NCBI GenBank assembly: GCA_003344405.1 | Contig: NOWV01000142.1 | Coordinates: forward strand, 124,001 to 188,000 | Direction of reading: 5' to 3' | DNA from: Trichoplax sp. H2 | Taxonomy: Eukaryota | DNA length: 64,000 bases | Part shown: piece after piece, positions 27,651-43,300 of the stretch | Layout: each line of letters begins with the position of its first letter | Position numbering within the stretch: the first letter of the stretch is position 1 | Translations under genes and position numbers: made by a program | Notes under the pieces: model-generated | Databases searched by the model: none | What the model saw: only the letters and a program-made list of their open reading frames with translations | Told to the model about the DNA's origin: nothing

Positions 27651-29212
27651 TTTTGAATCACTTTAGCAGTAAGAGTTTCGACTTCAGAGCTCGACCTCTT
27701 CACTGTGCACTGATAACTTTGAAGGGAACCCGTTGCTGTATGCTCGCCAAGACCATGATGGCACTTAAACGGCTGCGCTTCTTGAAATGAACAGATCGAA
27801 CAACGTATACAATTGGACCTACTATGATTTTAAATTATAAAGTTTATCTCCAAGAAATGAAATTGATCCATTTTGACAGTGCAATTGACTTATTGGACCC
27901 TGCTTTAGTGGTCACGCACAGCCACAACCATTGTACTTTATGATAAAGTCTCTTGACACTTACTGTACTGTATGCAGTATACGCGTATATATTTACTTTA
28001 GTCCCTGCTCATAAACATTTAATAATCAAGTACAGTAGCATAGTTTTGGGATCAGATCCTAACTTGGAAGAATGACCATCCTAATTTTCTTCGCAGTGGC
28101 CAAGGATACAGTACAGCCGACAATACAATTATTTTATTCATTAAAAATCGTTGACAAATTTCTACTATGCTGTTACACTGTATACAGTGCAGTGAAAATT
28201 GATTCATTGTGCTACAGTAGTACAGTACAGTTATACGCGTACATCTGATGGTAGGATCTAGTATAGTGGTCCATAGATGAGAATCTTGTTTTTCAGTACT
28301 AAAGCGTAATATCTACGTAATATCACACGTCAAATACTTTATTTGCCTTTATTTCGTTTTATTTTATAGTGATATATTCTATTCCGTTTTTCATTTTATT
28401 TTTTTTTTATTTACCGTTCAACCACCTCATAGCATACCACTGGCACTCCAGTAGAACTGTCTTACAGTATATTGCACTGTAAAGTACAGTACAGTACTGT
28501 ACCGTACTGTACTGTAGGGTACAACAGGAGATAGAAACAGTACAGTCAAAGTCAAAAAAATTTTTACCCGTACAGTACTGCACATTGTATGTATATTATG
28601 GAGGTAAAACACTTTTTGCCTACCTCTATGGTATTTAGTACTGTACTGTATGAGTCAGACTTTTGTAAACAGCAGCCATTCAATCCCAACCGATCCGCTT
28701 TAGTTCCCTTGACCTCATTCGAGAGTTAAAACACCCTCTAAACCAGTATACTGAATGTACATTAAGCATTAAGCAATTAAGTATCTGATGAATCTTGACC
28801 AACTTCATGTTTAGACTGTTGAAGTAGCATTGACAACGTTGTTGACGCCATTAGACGATAGAAAAGAAAATTAAGAGGAGAAAATAGAGATCACATAGAC
28901 AATATCAATTTAATCTACATCTAATTTTGCCATCCTTTGCTTCAATTCAAGACAGTAACGAAGGCGTTCAATGCGTACAGCTTCTTTCTGCCTTTCTCGT
29001 CGCGAGTATTTTCTTGCTCTTTTCGACAACAAGAAAAGAAGATCTCCATTGACCTTCAAACTGTTCTTATACTAGCCCATAGATTGGAAAGTGGGGAATA
29101 AGAGATCATTGCCATTATCTTCTTGAAGAAATTAACTGCTTCAGTGTAGAGTATACTCTTTTATTCAAAGCGATTTCTACTTTATTATTGGGTTGACATT
29201 AGTGGTGACAGA

Positions 29213-32200
29213 ATGATGATGATGGACGTTGCTTGCGCTACTTATGAAGTGGATTTTATCGAAGAAAGATCCATCCGTTATGGCCGAGAACCAGTTTGGT
29301 TATTGGGCTGCTGTTACAATCCACTAGAAGGTAAGCTAATTTAATAATCAAATACCAGAAAGGAAAATACCTCTTAATTGACAGTAAGAAGTAGTTCAAC
29401 CGATAATGTACTGTGGTAGATACGTTGATCAATGAACTACAATGCATTTGAAAGCGGTTTTCTGCATTGATACCGATTGGACACAAATTTGATCAACTTT
29501 AAATACTTATTGATTCATCTACAATGACATATTTAGGTGGTTTTCATAGCCTAGTTACAATCTCATCCGTAAAATAATTTATAATTCACTCAGCTTAATC
29601 TGTTGGGTAAACTACGGTCTTTCCCCAATATATAACTTTGCAGTACTCGCATGTCCGATTGAATTTAACCTTTCTAGAGGCCAGCCATAGAAAAACGAAA
29701 GAAAAATGGCCATCATTCTGCTGATGTTTTAATATTACAGTACAGTATATGCAAACAAGATACACACACATATAGGGTTATGGGTCATCGTACTAATTTT
29801 TTTATGAATATTTTAAGCTGTAAACAGAAATATCGCCGACATCACTACAGTAGCCACCAACTCTTGCTGTATTCACAAGACTTGCAAACCTATCTGAATT
29901 TGAATCATTTTCCTACCTCTTAGTCTTATCAACAAAAAAACTGACCACAGTGTATTTTCTTGTAGTTTGCGTAAAAATTTTTTCCCATGACTGTGTCCTC
30001 ATACAGTACGCAGTCTAGACAATTTACGTACAGCATTAATGGCGGTTAGTAGCAGGAGTGGTACTAACACTGTAGTTTGCCGTTTCTTCGTACCAAAGTA
30101 GCTCTGATTCCTTTATAACTAGTTTATACTACATCACATGAGTACCCGTAAAATTACCTAGACTTTCGAATGTTGTGATAGTCACGATGGACAGATGCTA
30201 ATTGTTATTGCTTTCCATCTCAGTATCAGCGATTTTATTTAAAACTTGCTCATAGATTGTCCTTTTTCCTCTATTAGTCTATAAATACAATATTTGAAAT
30301 ACGCGTATACGCGTACCTGCATAAACATCTCATCGTCACGATGATCATCGCTGCAGCCAATAGATGGCCTCATTAGATAATTCTCAGGGATATACTCGTA
30401 AATGATATACGGTAATAATATTTTTCTTAAAAAACGAACTTCTTGATTTGGGCGAGTGCCATCCTTTTATTTTAATGCAGGTTTCATAATTTCTATCCTT
30501 GGACGGTTAAAGTTAAAAATCTTTTAGTAAAATTTCTACGGCAAGAACATAACTGAGCGCTTCCTTCCTTACAATTTATTTAGAAGCCAGGTTTAATTAA
30601 TCATACCTACGAGATATCAGCCTTTTTCGATTGCGAACTTTTATGACCTTCATATTCGTTGCCTCTCAATCACCTTATCAAGCATTCACTTGCAATTAAT
30701 TGTAGGAGAATTTTTTAAAAATGAATTAAAAACAACTTTAATTGATACAGCCATTGTCGAATAACTCTAACTCAGAGCGTATCTTAAACTCATGTAGCAA
30801 TTAAAGATTATTATTCAATCTTAAACCAGTTATTATAAAACTATAAATCAACTATAATCAGAGCTCCCTTCCCTGTCATTCTATCTGTATTAGCATCGAC
30901 AGAGATTAATACGGTAACATTTTGAATAGGCGCTATTAGCTGGCCGGAGAAAGCCTAAAGTTTGGTTAAATAGACAGGACGGGAATTAAAACTTAAAATT
31001 TCGTCGGTGTGTACTACTCTTATAAGTTTTATAATATAAAAGTAGGTCATCCATTTAATTATGAATGTGTCAGTCAGCGTTATAATAAGATAGGTTAATT
31101 TCTCAGTATTTCAATCCTTTGGAAGGAAGGAATTCAAATGAAATTTATCGTTCATACGCCATAGGGTATGAGTGTAAAAAATGATCACAGATATGCTATT
31201 CTGGACGTTATTTACAACGATGTACGGATATTAATGTTCTGTGCCCTTAATATCTAACGCCTTTACTAATGGTGGTGTTCATTATGCAAATTTCCTAATC
31301 TTACTTGTCATCATTCGATTAATTTGATCATTTTATATCTTTGCATTTTACAGAATTTGATAAATTGATCGCTGATATCAATTCGAAATTTTGGTTCACC
31401 TATAGGAAAAATTATCCGCCAATTGGTAGGCCTTGTAGCACTTAACATTTCACTAGCAATATTCAAGTCTTGCTGTCGTTGATAGGAATCATAGGATAGC
31501 TATTCATGTATAATCTTTCTGTCCATGATGAACAATACATTATAGAGCAACCCATCATTGTGACTCCCTGAACGTAATTTAATATAAAAGGAACAAAAAA
31601 TAGCCTACATTTCTTTAAATTTATTCGACAATTGTTTGGTAATTTTATGTCAGTAATTTCCATGCTATGATCCAATAATTTTATCTTACCTTTCTGTTTA
31701 TAATATTGCACTGATAGTGATCAATCATGCTTCGGTAATCGTTAACCTCTATATACAATGCATGAGTTATTGTCATGGATTACCAAGTTCTATGGTACTG
31801 TAGAATTTAGTAGTCTAGTCATTGTATTTTTGTAGTAACTAATAACTGAACGATATTTAGCAATGATAATATATAAAATACAATACATCCATTGCAAAAT
31901 TGTGTCTACTAGTGATGATCGTGAATATAATTGACGACTAAACTACATATTATATTAAGAAAGAATAAGTGTATATAAAAATTCCATTTCATTAAATATT
32001 TTTTCGGCACTAAACGTAATCATGCACTGGTGCAATTTTTCGTCAGTTAGTTCAAGTGACGCTAACTTTGAATGATTTTCTAATTGCTAATGCATCTCAT
32101 AGGTGGAATCGGCCCAACATCCGATAAAGGCTGGGGTTGCATGCTGCGTTGTGGTCAAATGATATTAGGCCAGGCATTAGTTATGAGACATTTAGGCAGA

Positions 32201-34459
32201 GGTAAATGAAGATGGCTCATTCGTTTGTCTTCGCATTTTTAGATAAAATCTCTTATACGTAGAAATTACTTATTTCTTTTTTCACTATTGATACTGTAAT
32301 CTTGCAATTTCTATTAACACGCTACAAATTATCATTTCAATTCTAATAGATTGGCGTTGGTTTAAAAATAAAGAGCAACTTGCGAATTATTGGAAGGTAA
32401 CATACTCCTAAATCAACTATATTGGTATAAGATTACAATTTTTAAATATTTTTGTTTGAAATATTTGAACAACTAACCTTGCCGGATTTGTCTGACTTCA
32501 ACGTATTTAGATTTTAAAGTTATTCTTAGACTCCAAAGACAGTCTCTATTCAATCCATCAAATCGGTATTTGACCGCATAGTAATTACTAAATGCTTAAA
32601 AGATGTATTAACACTCTCGCATTTGATCTATCTCTTGTACAGTAGTAATGATACCAACAGATTTACATAATGTATTTATCCTTATGGATAATTGTGGCGT
32701 TATCAATTTCTTTCTGCTTAGCCTCTACATAATACAAAGTATCGTAGTTTTTACAAGCTTTTCTATGGCTATAAAATTTTCTTAGTCACAATAATGTATT
32801 GGATATTTTTAACCTAAATATTTGGAAGTGTGTTGAAACGTTTTTCTGATAATCTATCGTTGAATTATTAACTAGTATTTTTTTCTTGCAGCACAAATGG
32901 GAGTATCGGAAGGGAAAAAAATCAGTCAATGGTTCGGGCCGAATACAGCCGCACAAGTACTCAAGTATGCTTATTTAAAGAAGTTCTCAACCATCTGTCT
33001 TTAAGTCAATTATGATATGCTATGTTTATCGTAATTTTATGTATGTCTTGTCTTAGGAAACTCATCATGTTTGATGAATGGAGTCAAATGGGTGTTTATG
33101 TCGCTATGGACAACATTGTTGTTATTGACGATATAAGTAGGTTTTACAATTAGAATGCAATATAGGTTTAACTTGAATTTTTTACTTTCACTATTTTGAA
33201 ACGAAATTGTGTATAATTTTACTCACCTAATTGTGTTTTTATAGAAAAAATTTGCCACAATCATATCACCAGAACGTCGCAAGGAAACGCTGCTAATAGT
33301 GATGCTCAAGGGTCATCTAATGAGCAATCAAATGCTTGGAAGCCTTTACTACTTTTTATTCCACTACGTTTAGGTTTAACGGACCTTAACCCTATTTACA
33401 AAGATAAATTAAATGTAAAACCGTTTAACTTAAATCGTTATACGTGGCAGCTATGCTTTACCAATTTCTATTAGCAGGCTTAAAATATTCTTTACGTAAT
33501 TTACTAGAAATGCTTTAGGATAAAAAATACATTAGGAATAATAGGAGGAAAGCCTAACAGTGCACACTATTTTATTGGTATACAAGGTAACTAAAATCCT
33601 TTAAAAATAAATTAAGAAATCTAAGGATTCAAAATAAGATATTCAATGCAAATTCTAGGGGATTATTTGCTGTACTTGGATCCGCATACTGTGCAAGAAA
33701 CTGTTAAAGTAAAGCCCAACTGTCCTTTTTCGGATAAGGTATTAATCAAGATTTGTAACATAATACAGATTGTATAAATGACGTAGTCGTATACGATAAT
33801 CTTACCTTTCTGATCACAAATGCTAACGTTATCATCTAATTTCTTTATATTATATATTGTATATAATTGTAATATATGTATATTTATTAAATTTTTGAAA
33901 TGTAGACATATCATCAGAAAGGCACTAACCGACTGCATTTTTCGTACATGGATCCATCCGTTGCTCTCGTTAGTGCTGATTCATATTAGTAACTGATAAC
34001 TATTGCACATCTGTATTATTTTCTTCGTTATTAACTCGGACAGATTTTTTATAGGGATTTTACAGTGCTACCGAGGAGGAATTTAACGAACTTTGTCGCG
34101 ATTTTACTGATGTATGTATTGTCAAGAAATATCTTTCAATTTTACATTTACATCAATACGAATAAATATTGGTGTTATCCCTTTTTGCACTGCTGTGTGT
34201 AGTTAAATAGTGCACAGCCTCCGTTGTTTGAGGTAGTGGAACAACGACCTCCACATTGGCCAGAACTGGTACTGCCAAATAGTCCATACGATGACACATC
34301 CGATGTTGGTATGTAATTGCTTTATTCAAAACATTAATATGACCGAAGTGCGTAATATGGCTAATGAAGTTATTTTTATTAGCTGCAGGATTTACAGAAA
34401 TCAGAAGAGAAGAAAGGCATTTCGATAGTGATAACGATTTCGAAATAATTGACATGTAG
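29213..34459 (+). CDS. ATG4B: Cysteine protease ATG4 (ATG4A/B-like), about 14 exons
   Basis: Exon 1 (29213-29330) gives [19 protein letters not shown]. Later exons give [32 protein letters not shown] (catalytic Cys), [40 protein letters not shown] (catalytic Asp/His), MDPSVALGF and end DNDFEIIDM*. Confidence 0.93.
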
Positions 34460-36844
34460 TACCTTTTACAATTTATGAAGTATATACTACAACACTCTAT
34501 CTGATCTCTTTTTATTTCTTATAAATAGCAACTAGTGACAATTAAAAAATTATATCTCTATATTCTTTAGATTAATACATCAACTGTAAAATAGCTATAC
34601 CAAAGTAGCAAAATTAAATTGCTTTGTTGTACATTATATCTGTTGTATTTGACTAATATTTAACGATTATATTTTAGCCTCATATTGAACTAACGCTGCC
34701 TTTTAAACAGTATTCTTGTTTAATTATTACTGTATACGTTACCGCAGTGCCTTATTGCGTAAGGATAGATACTATGTAACTTTGTATCAAAGTCTATAGG
34801 TACCAATACTTAATTTTTATTTCCTTCCAGTGATAAATATGTACAATGTTGCATTGTAAGACTATCATATTTGTACAGTTCTATGCTCTAGTCAAACTTT
34901 AAAATGTGAAGTTAAAAAATAGTAAAGAGTTAGAAATATATTTACTCGCACATAAGATAGAGAATAAAGAGCGATATAGATTTAAGACTGTTGATCATTC
35001 AAGTATTTGTAGCCATATTATTTTTTTTATTTTATGGTGTTAAACTATGAAACCATTGATTTTGGTTGTGAACTATTTGTAATTTAATGAAATGGCTTTA
35101 TCGTATTTTATATCATTCCGAACTTTAGTTTAATTCATTGCAATCAGCCATGTTCTATCCTCATAGTATCTTAACATAAAGTATTTGATCTTTTCATTAT
35201 TGATAATAAAGTTTATAGATTGTCTATCAACTCACGTGAGTCTTACCATGTTTATAAAAACTGCCAACTAGAAATATTAAGGTAGATAGTAACTAAATGT
35301 CAATTTAACACGAAATTATTTGTACTACTGAAGAAAATGGTATGAGTCATGAATCATTTCAGGTGCTGTTAGGGTACATATTCTATTATGTCCAAGGAAA
35401 TTATTTTTTAAATATCTAAGCCTATAGAAATCTCTCAAAATACGTCGTTACAATAAATTTGCAGTTACTTAAATAAAGCAAATGGAAATTTTGGGTATGA
35501 TGGCGTTTCATTGATGTTAAATAGCAGATAATAGAAAATGCGTTGATAGAGACTAATAACCCAAACAATAACCAACAATATTGCTGCAAGTTTGCAATAA
35601 ACTATCTAAAAGAGCCATATAATGTTAAGTACGGCAATAGCCTTTAGGTTAATTCGATTTTTATTTAGAAATGGTAGATACATCTTTGTATTAGTCCTTC
35701 TTGGATTCCATTTCTTTATCCGAACTATGCAATTTTGCACCATAAATTATCTATAGAGCAGGTATGGGGCGATCAATACTATTTCACCACATCTACTATC
35801 TACAATTGTAATTAAATTATCTACGAGCATATATGCTGTACTGTATATATATATATATATATTCTAGCAATCATGAAATAGACATATTCAGTCTTTCCAT
35901 TTATGGAATCAAAATGATGCAAAAATAATGACTTACTAGTTGAAATTTATAATCTATAGTAGCTCAAACAGTTAAGTAAATTATTTAACAAAAAATTACA
36001 AATCTTACCGTGATCTTGATCATGTTTACTTTATAAGAAAAATCAAGAAAGATATGGCCATAACAAAAAGCCATTAAGCGTATTAATTTACGTGAAATTA
36101 ATACTGTTTTAATAATATTATGCGAATAAACAATTCTTTTAATCACTTATAATAATTATCTAACATAGATTTATCATAAAAGTCTTGTACACAACCTAAA
36201 ATGCTATCTAAAATGATACCATATCAGGCCTGATCTTAGATATTGGCATTATACTAACCATAATTAGATTTACTGTATTGTGGTAGAAATTATTCTGTTT
36301 GAAATAATCACGATGGTCATTTAGAATATAGTAAATAAGTATTAACTTTAATTTAATGGCTATTAAACTAGCACTTTCTTTTGATTACATCCAGAAAGAC
36401 TATAAAGTACAACACATCGAATTATTATAGTCTATTTCTGTTGCCCAGTCTATAACCAAGGAATATTTTAAAGAGCGTCAAAATCTATAGCCTAATATTT
36501 CTGAGAACATACGATACAAGTGTGGCTATTTTGGCTGCTAAAAGTAAAAGTATCCTCCAATAACTTTTAATTATACTGGATAGATAATCTTTTATGAAAT
36601 TTTAAGGTGATCTGTTGCGATACATCATCTACCATAAATAATATGAAGGCTGTAAAAATTATTTTAGCTTAGTTCAGAACTATAAGCGATGAGCCAAAGT
36701 CATCAACCTTTTTATCATTGCAGTTAGGCCAATAAAATCTATCACCACACCAGCTAATAAATTGATGTATCTATGTAATTTTAATTGTAGTTTAATTAAA
36801 TAAATGCCTAGTAGAACAAAGTCAGGAAATTGTTTCTTCCTTTT

Positions 36845-39800
36845 TTATAAACAAAATACTTGCAGTCCACCTTTTTCAACGGTACCCTGAATTGGGCCAT
36901 AATCCACTACTTCACCATCTACGGTTAAATATCCACCTTCAGTTTCTGGTACAAGACGAAATGCTTTGCATGGTATTAACTGAACATCAGGCGATTCAAT
37001 GTATTGTCCATTCTTGGTTGATAAGAGTATTTTAGTTAATCCTTTACGATTAACTTTATCACTGACTGCCACAATATATGCCTTGCCATCATCTAGTCTT
37101 GATGGCGGTGCAAATAGGAAATCCGTCGATAAATAAGGCAAATTACCGATGACAACTGTAATGAAATCCTGATCAATTACTTTCCATTGATTCGGTAGAG
37201 GTTTATCAAGTGATGGTATAGGATTTGAATCATCGCCAACTCTGCAAAATAATAAGGTATAATTTATTTCCTTATTTATTTATAAATCAAGCTTAATCTC
37301 CGTACTTTCTTAATCCATTGTACCTTCATAGATATTATTGGCTCTTAAAAGTTATATCAAGTAAAATAATATGATCGTTGCATCAACTTACGTCAGAATA
37401 GCAGATTGTTGATGGTTGGCATCCAATTGTGTAACATTCATATCATCATCGTTGTGAAACTAAAAATGCGAGGTGAGAATGTAGGGTGTTTACGCTTTTG
37501 CATCGATTGACATTGCTTCATGTTATGAATTAATTATTATTGTAAATGGCTGCGGATAATATTCAATAAATTACAGTATAATATATGGACTAACAAAGCC
37601 AAGATAACATGAGCCTAAACGATGCAGTATTTGTTTATTAAACATGCAATATGTTTATTATAGATGCTATCCAATTTAGCTTGCAAAGTGAATGGACTTT
37701 ATTTGTTTATTTTTATTATGTTATACGTTGCATGAATTACGGAGAGTTTATCTAGCTAATAAATAATTAGGAGTTTCAACACTGACTTTTCATTCCATAG
37801 GAATTAGTATTAGAACTGTTCATTTAGCCATATTACGTTCAAAAACTTGAATACTACTGCAACCTAAATCTTACAGATATAAAAAATCAATCTGACTTCC
37901 AATCAACTTACGTTAAATGTTTCATCCATAACAGCAGAACGTTCACTGACATTGCCATTATTCGTCCATTGAGATTCTCGAGTTTCTTCAGGCTCCTTGT
38001 CACAAGGTAAGTAAGATATTTTGCCTCGATAGACCTTTCGTTTAGCAATCATGGAAACTGCTTCTACAGTAAAGCGATTAGAACCAAGAAAATGAAACTT
38101 TTCTGACTTGATGTCAATATCAGCAATCATTCCCCATCCTATAGATAGAAAGGCTAGAAAATTGTTTTTTTTCGACTGTAAATGCATCAAATCCAACGGA
38201 CGAGTTGAATATTTTGCAATGATAAAGGTGGCACTGACGATATCATTTGGCTCTCTAGAATAAAATAATGAAGAAACTACTTAATCAACATATATGTACA
38301 CAGGCCAAGTTATGAAAATTAATTCGACTTAAAAATGCGATAGGATTCATCCTTGATAATGAAGCAAGGAATGAGATACAGGTGGAAATTCTTTGACTAC
38401 AAGTTAATATTTCTTAATTAATGACGATAGTCCTATTCTACTAGTATAAAATTAATAAGATAAATATTGATACGTTTATTTCAATCCATAATAAATGCAA
38501 ATGGACTCTAAATATATTCTAATAATTTTGATAGCCCTTCGAAGTAAAGAATAAAACCAACTAAAGCAGTACTTGGGCTATGCCATTTTTAGACACAGAA
38601 CGAAACTATGTGCATGCTTCAACCTAGCTAGTATAGAACTAATTTAGAGAATCAAGATTGCTTGATCTGTTTAGGATTATTAATAAATGAGAAACTTCAT
38701 AAATCTTTACATAGCATCCCTTAGCTCCAACTATCTCTTAGACACAATCTAATGATCAATCATTACCCTGAAAATTTCATAATGGACGCATAGAGTGCAT
38801 TCCCTGATCCTGCAGGTAAAATACCAATAGGCATATGTCTTACGGTATCCCAATCCTGCCGCTCATTTAGTCCATTTATAACCTAATCAGAGAGATTGAA
38901 CCAGTCATGAGTCTTATTTACAATGTTCACGCGATAAGCCATCATGTTCATCTTACATTTATATTTATTGGCAAGCCTATGCAATAAATTAATATCGCTA
39001 TTACTAGTTACAAACTTACTTCATAAATCAATCCGTCTCCGGATACAACTAATATACCATCCCATTTGGAAAGATTAGCATTAATGATATAGTCTTTTGC
39101 ATGCCCGACTCGTTCTATAAATGAAAGAAAATTAAGTTTAATCTGTCCGCAGTCAATCAATTACTACATGAAAGCTTCACTTAGTTATTAATATAAGTAG
39201 ATTTTGAAAATGACCTTTAAACTAAAGCTACTCAACATTAAAGCAATTACATCGTTGTACCTGTAGTTACAACTTCGCATAATATATCCGCTTCATTTAA
39301 AATATCTTTTGATTTGCCGTTGAAAATTTTACTAGCTTTACCAGATCCACTACAAGGGTTAATAAAAACCAACAATTTTCGTGGTGCTGGGCAAGATTTT
39401 GATCCTAGATCTGGATATTGTTAAGAAATAAAAAAATTTATGAGTCCATTTCATTTTTATTTTATCGGTATTGATGTTTTAAGATTTATATACGTATATC
39501 ATATCGATCGTCATATTTACTGTATTCTAATATTACAATCTATTAAGTGGATAAATCGATCGTATGATAATAAAGATTATTTTATTTTAACTATGTAAAT
39601 ATTATAGTCTCGATGATCATTTTAATTACTGAAAGATAATTTGTGAGATAGTTTCACGATCAGGATCAAAGTGGCAATTCGATTCTCAGGTTTTCATAAA
39701 ATGTTTTATTTTAATAAAGATCGGGACAGCGATGCTAAAATGATACAAGCTCAAAGATTATTTTAAGGATTAAATGTTAGCAACGTGGGTTAGGGTTAAT

Positions 39801-41786
39801 AAAGTCGTCAATTATGGTTAGATAAAGGTTAGAAGAATTTTTACATGAGGCACATATATAACATTGTATACTTAACGCAGCAATATTGTTGAGGATTGAA
39901 ATTAGTTAAGGAATACTAACCCAGTATTTCATCAAATAATGATGAAGTTGAGAAGAATCGTGGCTGCTATAGAATTAGGATATTCTCTGATTATCAAGTG
40001 TTGGTAGTGTGATATTAAACACGTAAAACTGCACTATAGGGAAATTTCTTTCCATACACTGTATGCCCTACGATATCGCACCAATGTCTCTTAATAGGAA
40101 TGTAAGCTATTGGCTGGATGTTAGACAGCTAAGGCTCATTTAATTGTGGTAAGGATCGAGAAAATGATGCCATGATAATTCATGAATATTGTATCATCTT
40201 AACATAGAAGCGTAAAGATGTTCTTCCAGGATTGAACTTCGATTACAGCTGCAATGGCATAATAAGCAGAGAAAACTGGCTTGTTCTATCATAACAACAT
40301 TATGCAGAATTCTAAATATTTTATCCTATTTGCAAACGTCGGATCTTCCGATTTACTATACGCTTTAGCAATTAGCGATGATCTTTAGATTCTTTTTCAT
40401 CGCTAACGATCCATTTAGCCGTAAACGTTAATATTTAAATTCAATATTTAGTGGCTCTACCGTAGGAAGTGATGAATCATTTTTTACTTTCCATTGTTTG
40501 GAGCAATTTTGTTTGAAGTAATTAAATTATCGCTTAAAACTGTCATACAATTTGAGTACAACCTGACATACTCGTATAACGTGACTAAACTAATATTTTT
40601 TCATAAGTACTGGAAGAAAACAAAACTAGAGGATAGTCTTCAATATCGAAAAGCTAATCGGATTTAAAGTCTATCTATAGAAATAGCCGATATTGCGAAA
40701 ATATAGAATTCTACTGTTACCATCAGTAAAGCCTCCGCTAGAATAGCAAATCTGTTCAAATTATTAAAACATCTTAGAGGAGAGCTTTTCATGGCGAAAT
40801 TGAAGTGTGACCTCATCAATAACAAATTTCCCAATAATTTATAATGGGAAACATTTTTACTCCAATATTTAATGGTAGCAATCTCTGGCTATTTAATAGC
40901 GTTTCTGACGGAAGAATAGATAGTTATTGAATGGAATTAATACGATGTGTCGGTGCAACTAGTGAAGCATACGGTTATCATATTGCTGTATGGGTGATTT
41001 GTTCTAAGTAAAGCTTATAGCAAGATAGCAAATTGGCCCTTTTAAAAGTAAAATATGGTACTACTAACTGAGTGATCGTTAGTGTATTCTTTTCATCAAA
41101 ACCTGGCGAAAAGGTAGGAGTGAAGACATTATGGGCGGAGTAGAATTTCCTCAGGATTTTTCTATAACGATCGAGGTATTAGTTTTTAAGCAAAGACGAC
41201 GAATAAACACGTGTAGAAAAGGTGATTGAATAGCAGCTATGTTGTGATGGAAAGGCAATCTCTACACTCTGATGGATGCAAGACTATCCTCAATCGAATA
41301 GATCTGGCTATGGATAAATGCTCTGATACAATCAATTGGAGTACCTGGTTGATACTTGATACCACGCAAAGCGCATATAATGGCTGCATGCCATTGATCT
41401 GCAATCTTGATGTTGTCTTCTACTTCCTTCGATTGGGCAACACGTAAATAGACTGGAATAGAAATTCTCTTACAAGCGGAACCAATCTTTTTCTTGCGCA
41501 TTGGATACCAAAATAAGGTCAAATAGCCACCACGATCACGGCGTTTCGTCGATGTACCTCTTGATACTTTACAGCCAATAACATCTTTTAGTTGTATTAC
41601 GCCATCATCACCTAGTAGTGATGCTGGAGGGCCACTATCGGATACTTTAATACACATTTGATTCTGAGTTAAGACGACATGGCAAGGCCTTAGCTTATTT
41701 CTAGGCCATATTAATTGTAATGTATCTTGCATGATAATTTGGCTAATTAACGTTGTCGACTTGTTGGATATACGAATTTCTTCCAT
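36845..41786 (-). CDS. SPHK: Sphingosine kinase (DAGK-catalytic family) with N-terminal PH-like region
   Basis: Exons about 41345-41786, 39261-39410 (LLVFINPCSGSGKA), 39020-39115 (VVSGDGLIYE), 38767-38883 (ILPAGSGNAL), 37911-38255 (LSIGWGMIADIDIKSEKFHFLGSNRF), 37391-37459 and 36845-37243 (AFRLVP..GYLTVDGEVVDYGPIQG). Confidence 0.92.
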
Positions 41787-42959
41787 TTTCTGTCTTGATA
41801 TCCAGAAGGAAATTTGCACGCGTCCCAAGTTGAAAGAAACGACAAGAATTACCAATTTCCAAGTCGGTCAATAAAATGCTTAACCTATACTATGCTTCAA
41901 AGCCAGTCTGAAAATGAATATATTAATAATAAGACTTTTTTTTGGCATGGGTAGATTATTGATTGAAATTTCAGTTTGCCAATAGAAGCAGACTACGCAA
42001 GTTCTAATGACATTTTGCTTGTTTAACTCTTGAATACAGTACAATAGCTTCCGTATGGCACAAGCATCGAATGGATTTATATTACTTTTCGCTACTCCTA
42101 AGTCATTGCGAATTATTTTTCTATACTTTAGCTCAGATACGCGTAGGCCCATTAATAAACAATCTGCAACGGTCTAAAAAATGACTCATACTATGTGTAA
42201 TAGTATTCCAATAGTATTATCCAATTAAGATAGAATAACAATAAATCAATTATTTCTGGCTATATTTAATCCACGGATTAATCATAGCGCAAAAAATAGA
42301 CTAAATATCCATGCGCTAAGTATTGGCGATCAAAGTGACATTTTTCAGTTATCCAATGCAATCTGATTCGTAGGCTAGGTGTAATTATTCATCGACTCAG
42401 TTAATCTCTATCTATGTTTTGATTATACTTAATCAGAGTATTGATCACAATTTTGCAATAATAACACAAGCCTACAAAATGCGGAATGGGTTATAACTTG
42501 CTTAAACCAATAGAACTACAAGACCATCTGCCTACCTCATAGCATCGACTCTTGTAACTATCCTTGTCAAGTAGATAATACTCTACTCTAGAAAGATGAT
42601 TAACGCGATTTAAAGGGTCAATCTGTCATTCAACTTGCAATCTTCATTAACGAAATACCAGCTAAAGAGTGGATCAAATTACCGTTAATTCCAATTATCC
42701 ACTGTCAGTAATCATAATAATAGAAAAATGAGGAAAAAAAGTTCTCGTTCCTGACGTAATTTAGACCATGACGTCAGGATCATGGCTTAATGTTCTATAC
42801 TATTACTGCGGTTAGCTAGAATGAATGGCGAGTTCGTGCCTACCGGAGAAATATCCTTCTTATTGTTGTTGTTGTTGTTGTTGTTGTTGTTATTATTTTT
42901 TTTTATCGTATACCGGCACTACCAACTTTCTTATGGTTTCTATTCCGGACTAATTGATA

Positions 42960-43300
42960 TCAGCAGCCATGAAAATACGATTGTAGTAAGCATCAGAGTA
43001 GTTCAAGTAGTGAAATGGGGTTAGGGTGAAGATTCTAAGCAAGAAATTAATCTATCCAAAATGGATACTGCTATATTTTATCCAACGTAGATGTGATAGA
43101 TACCTAAACAGGTTGATATTCTTATGGCTTCTATGTCGTACCAACTGATTTCAATCGTAATGAAAATACGATTCTAGTAAATGTAAAAGTAGGTAAAGTA
43201 TTGAAATGGGGTTAGTAGGAAGGTACAAAGTAATAAATTAATCTTTGCAAAATGGATACTAGATATGTTATCCAGTGCAGACGCTAGATACCTAAACACC
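42960..43300. repeat. Diverged ~180-bp tandem duplication
   Basis: ATGAAAATACGATT..GAAATGGGGTTAG..AAAATGGATACT..AGATACCTAAACA occurs twice, at about 42969-43110 and 43160-43298. Confidence 0.7.

Noticed and set aside
42860-42905. Poly-Leu TM-like ORF
   Set aside because: It arises from a (TTG)n microsatellite.
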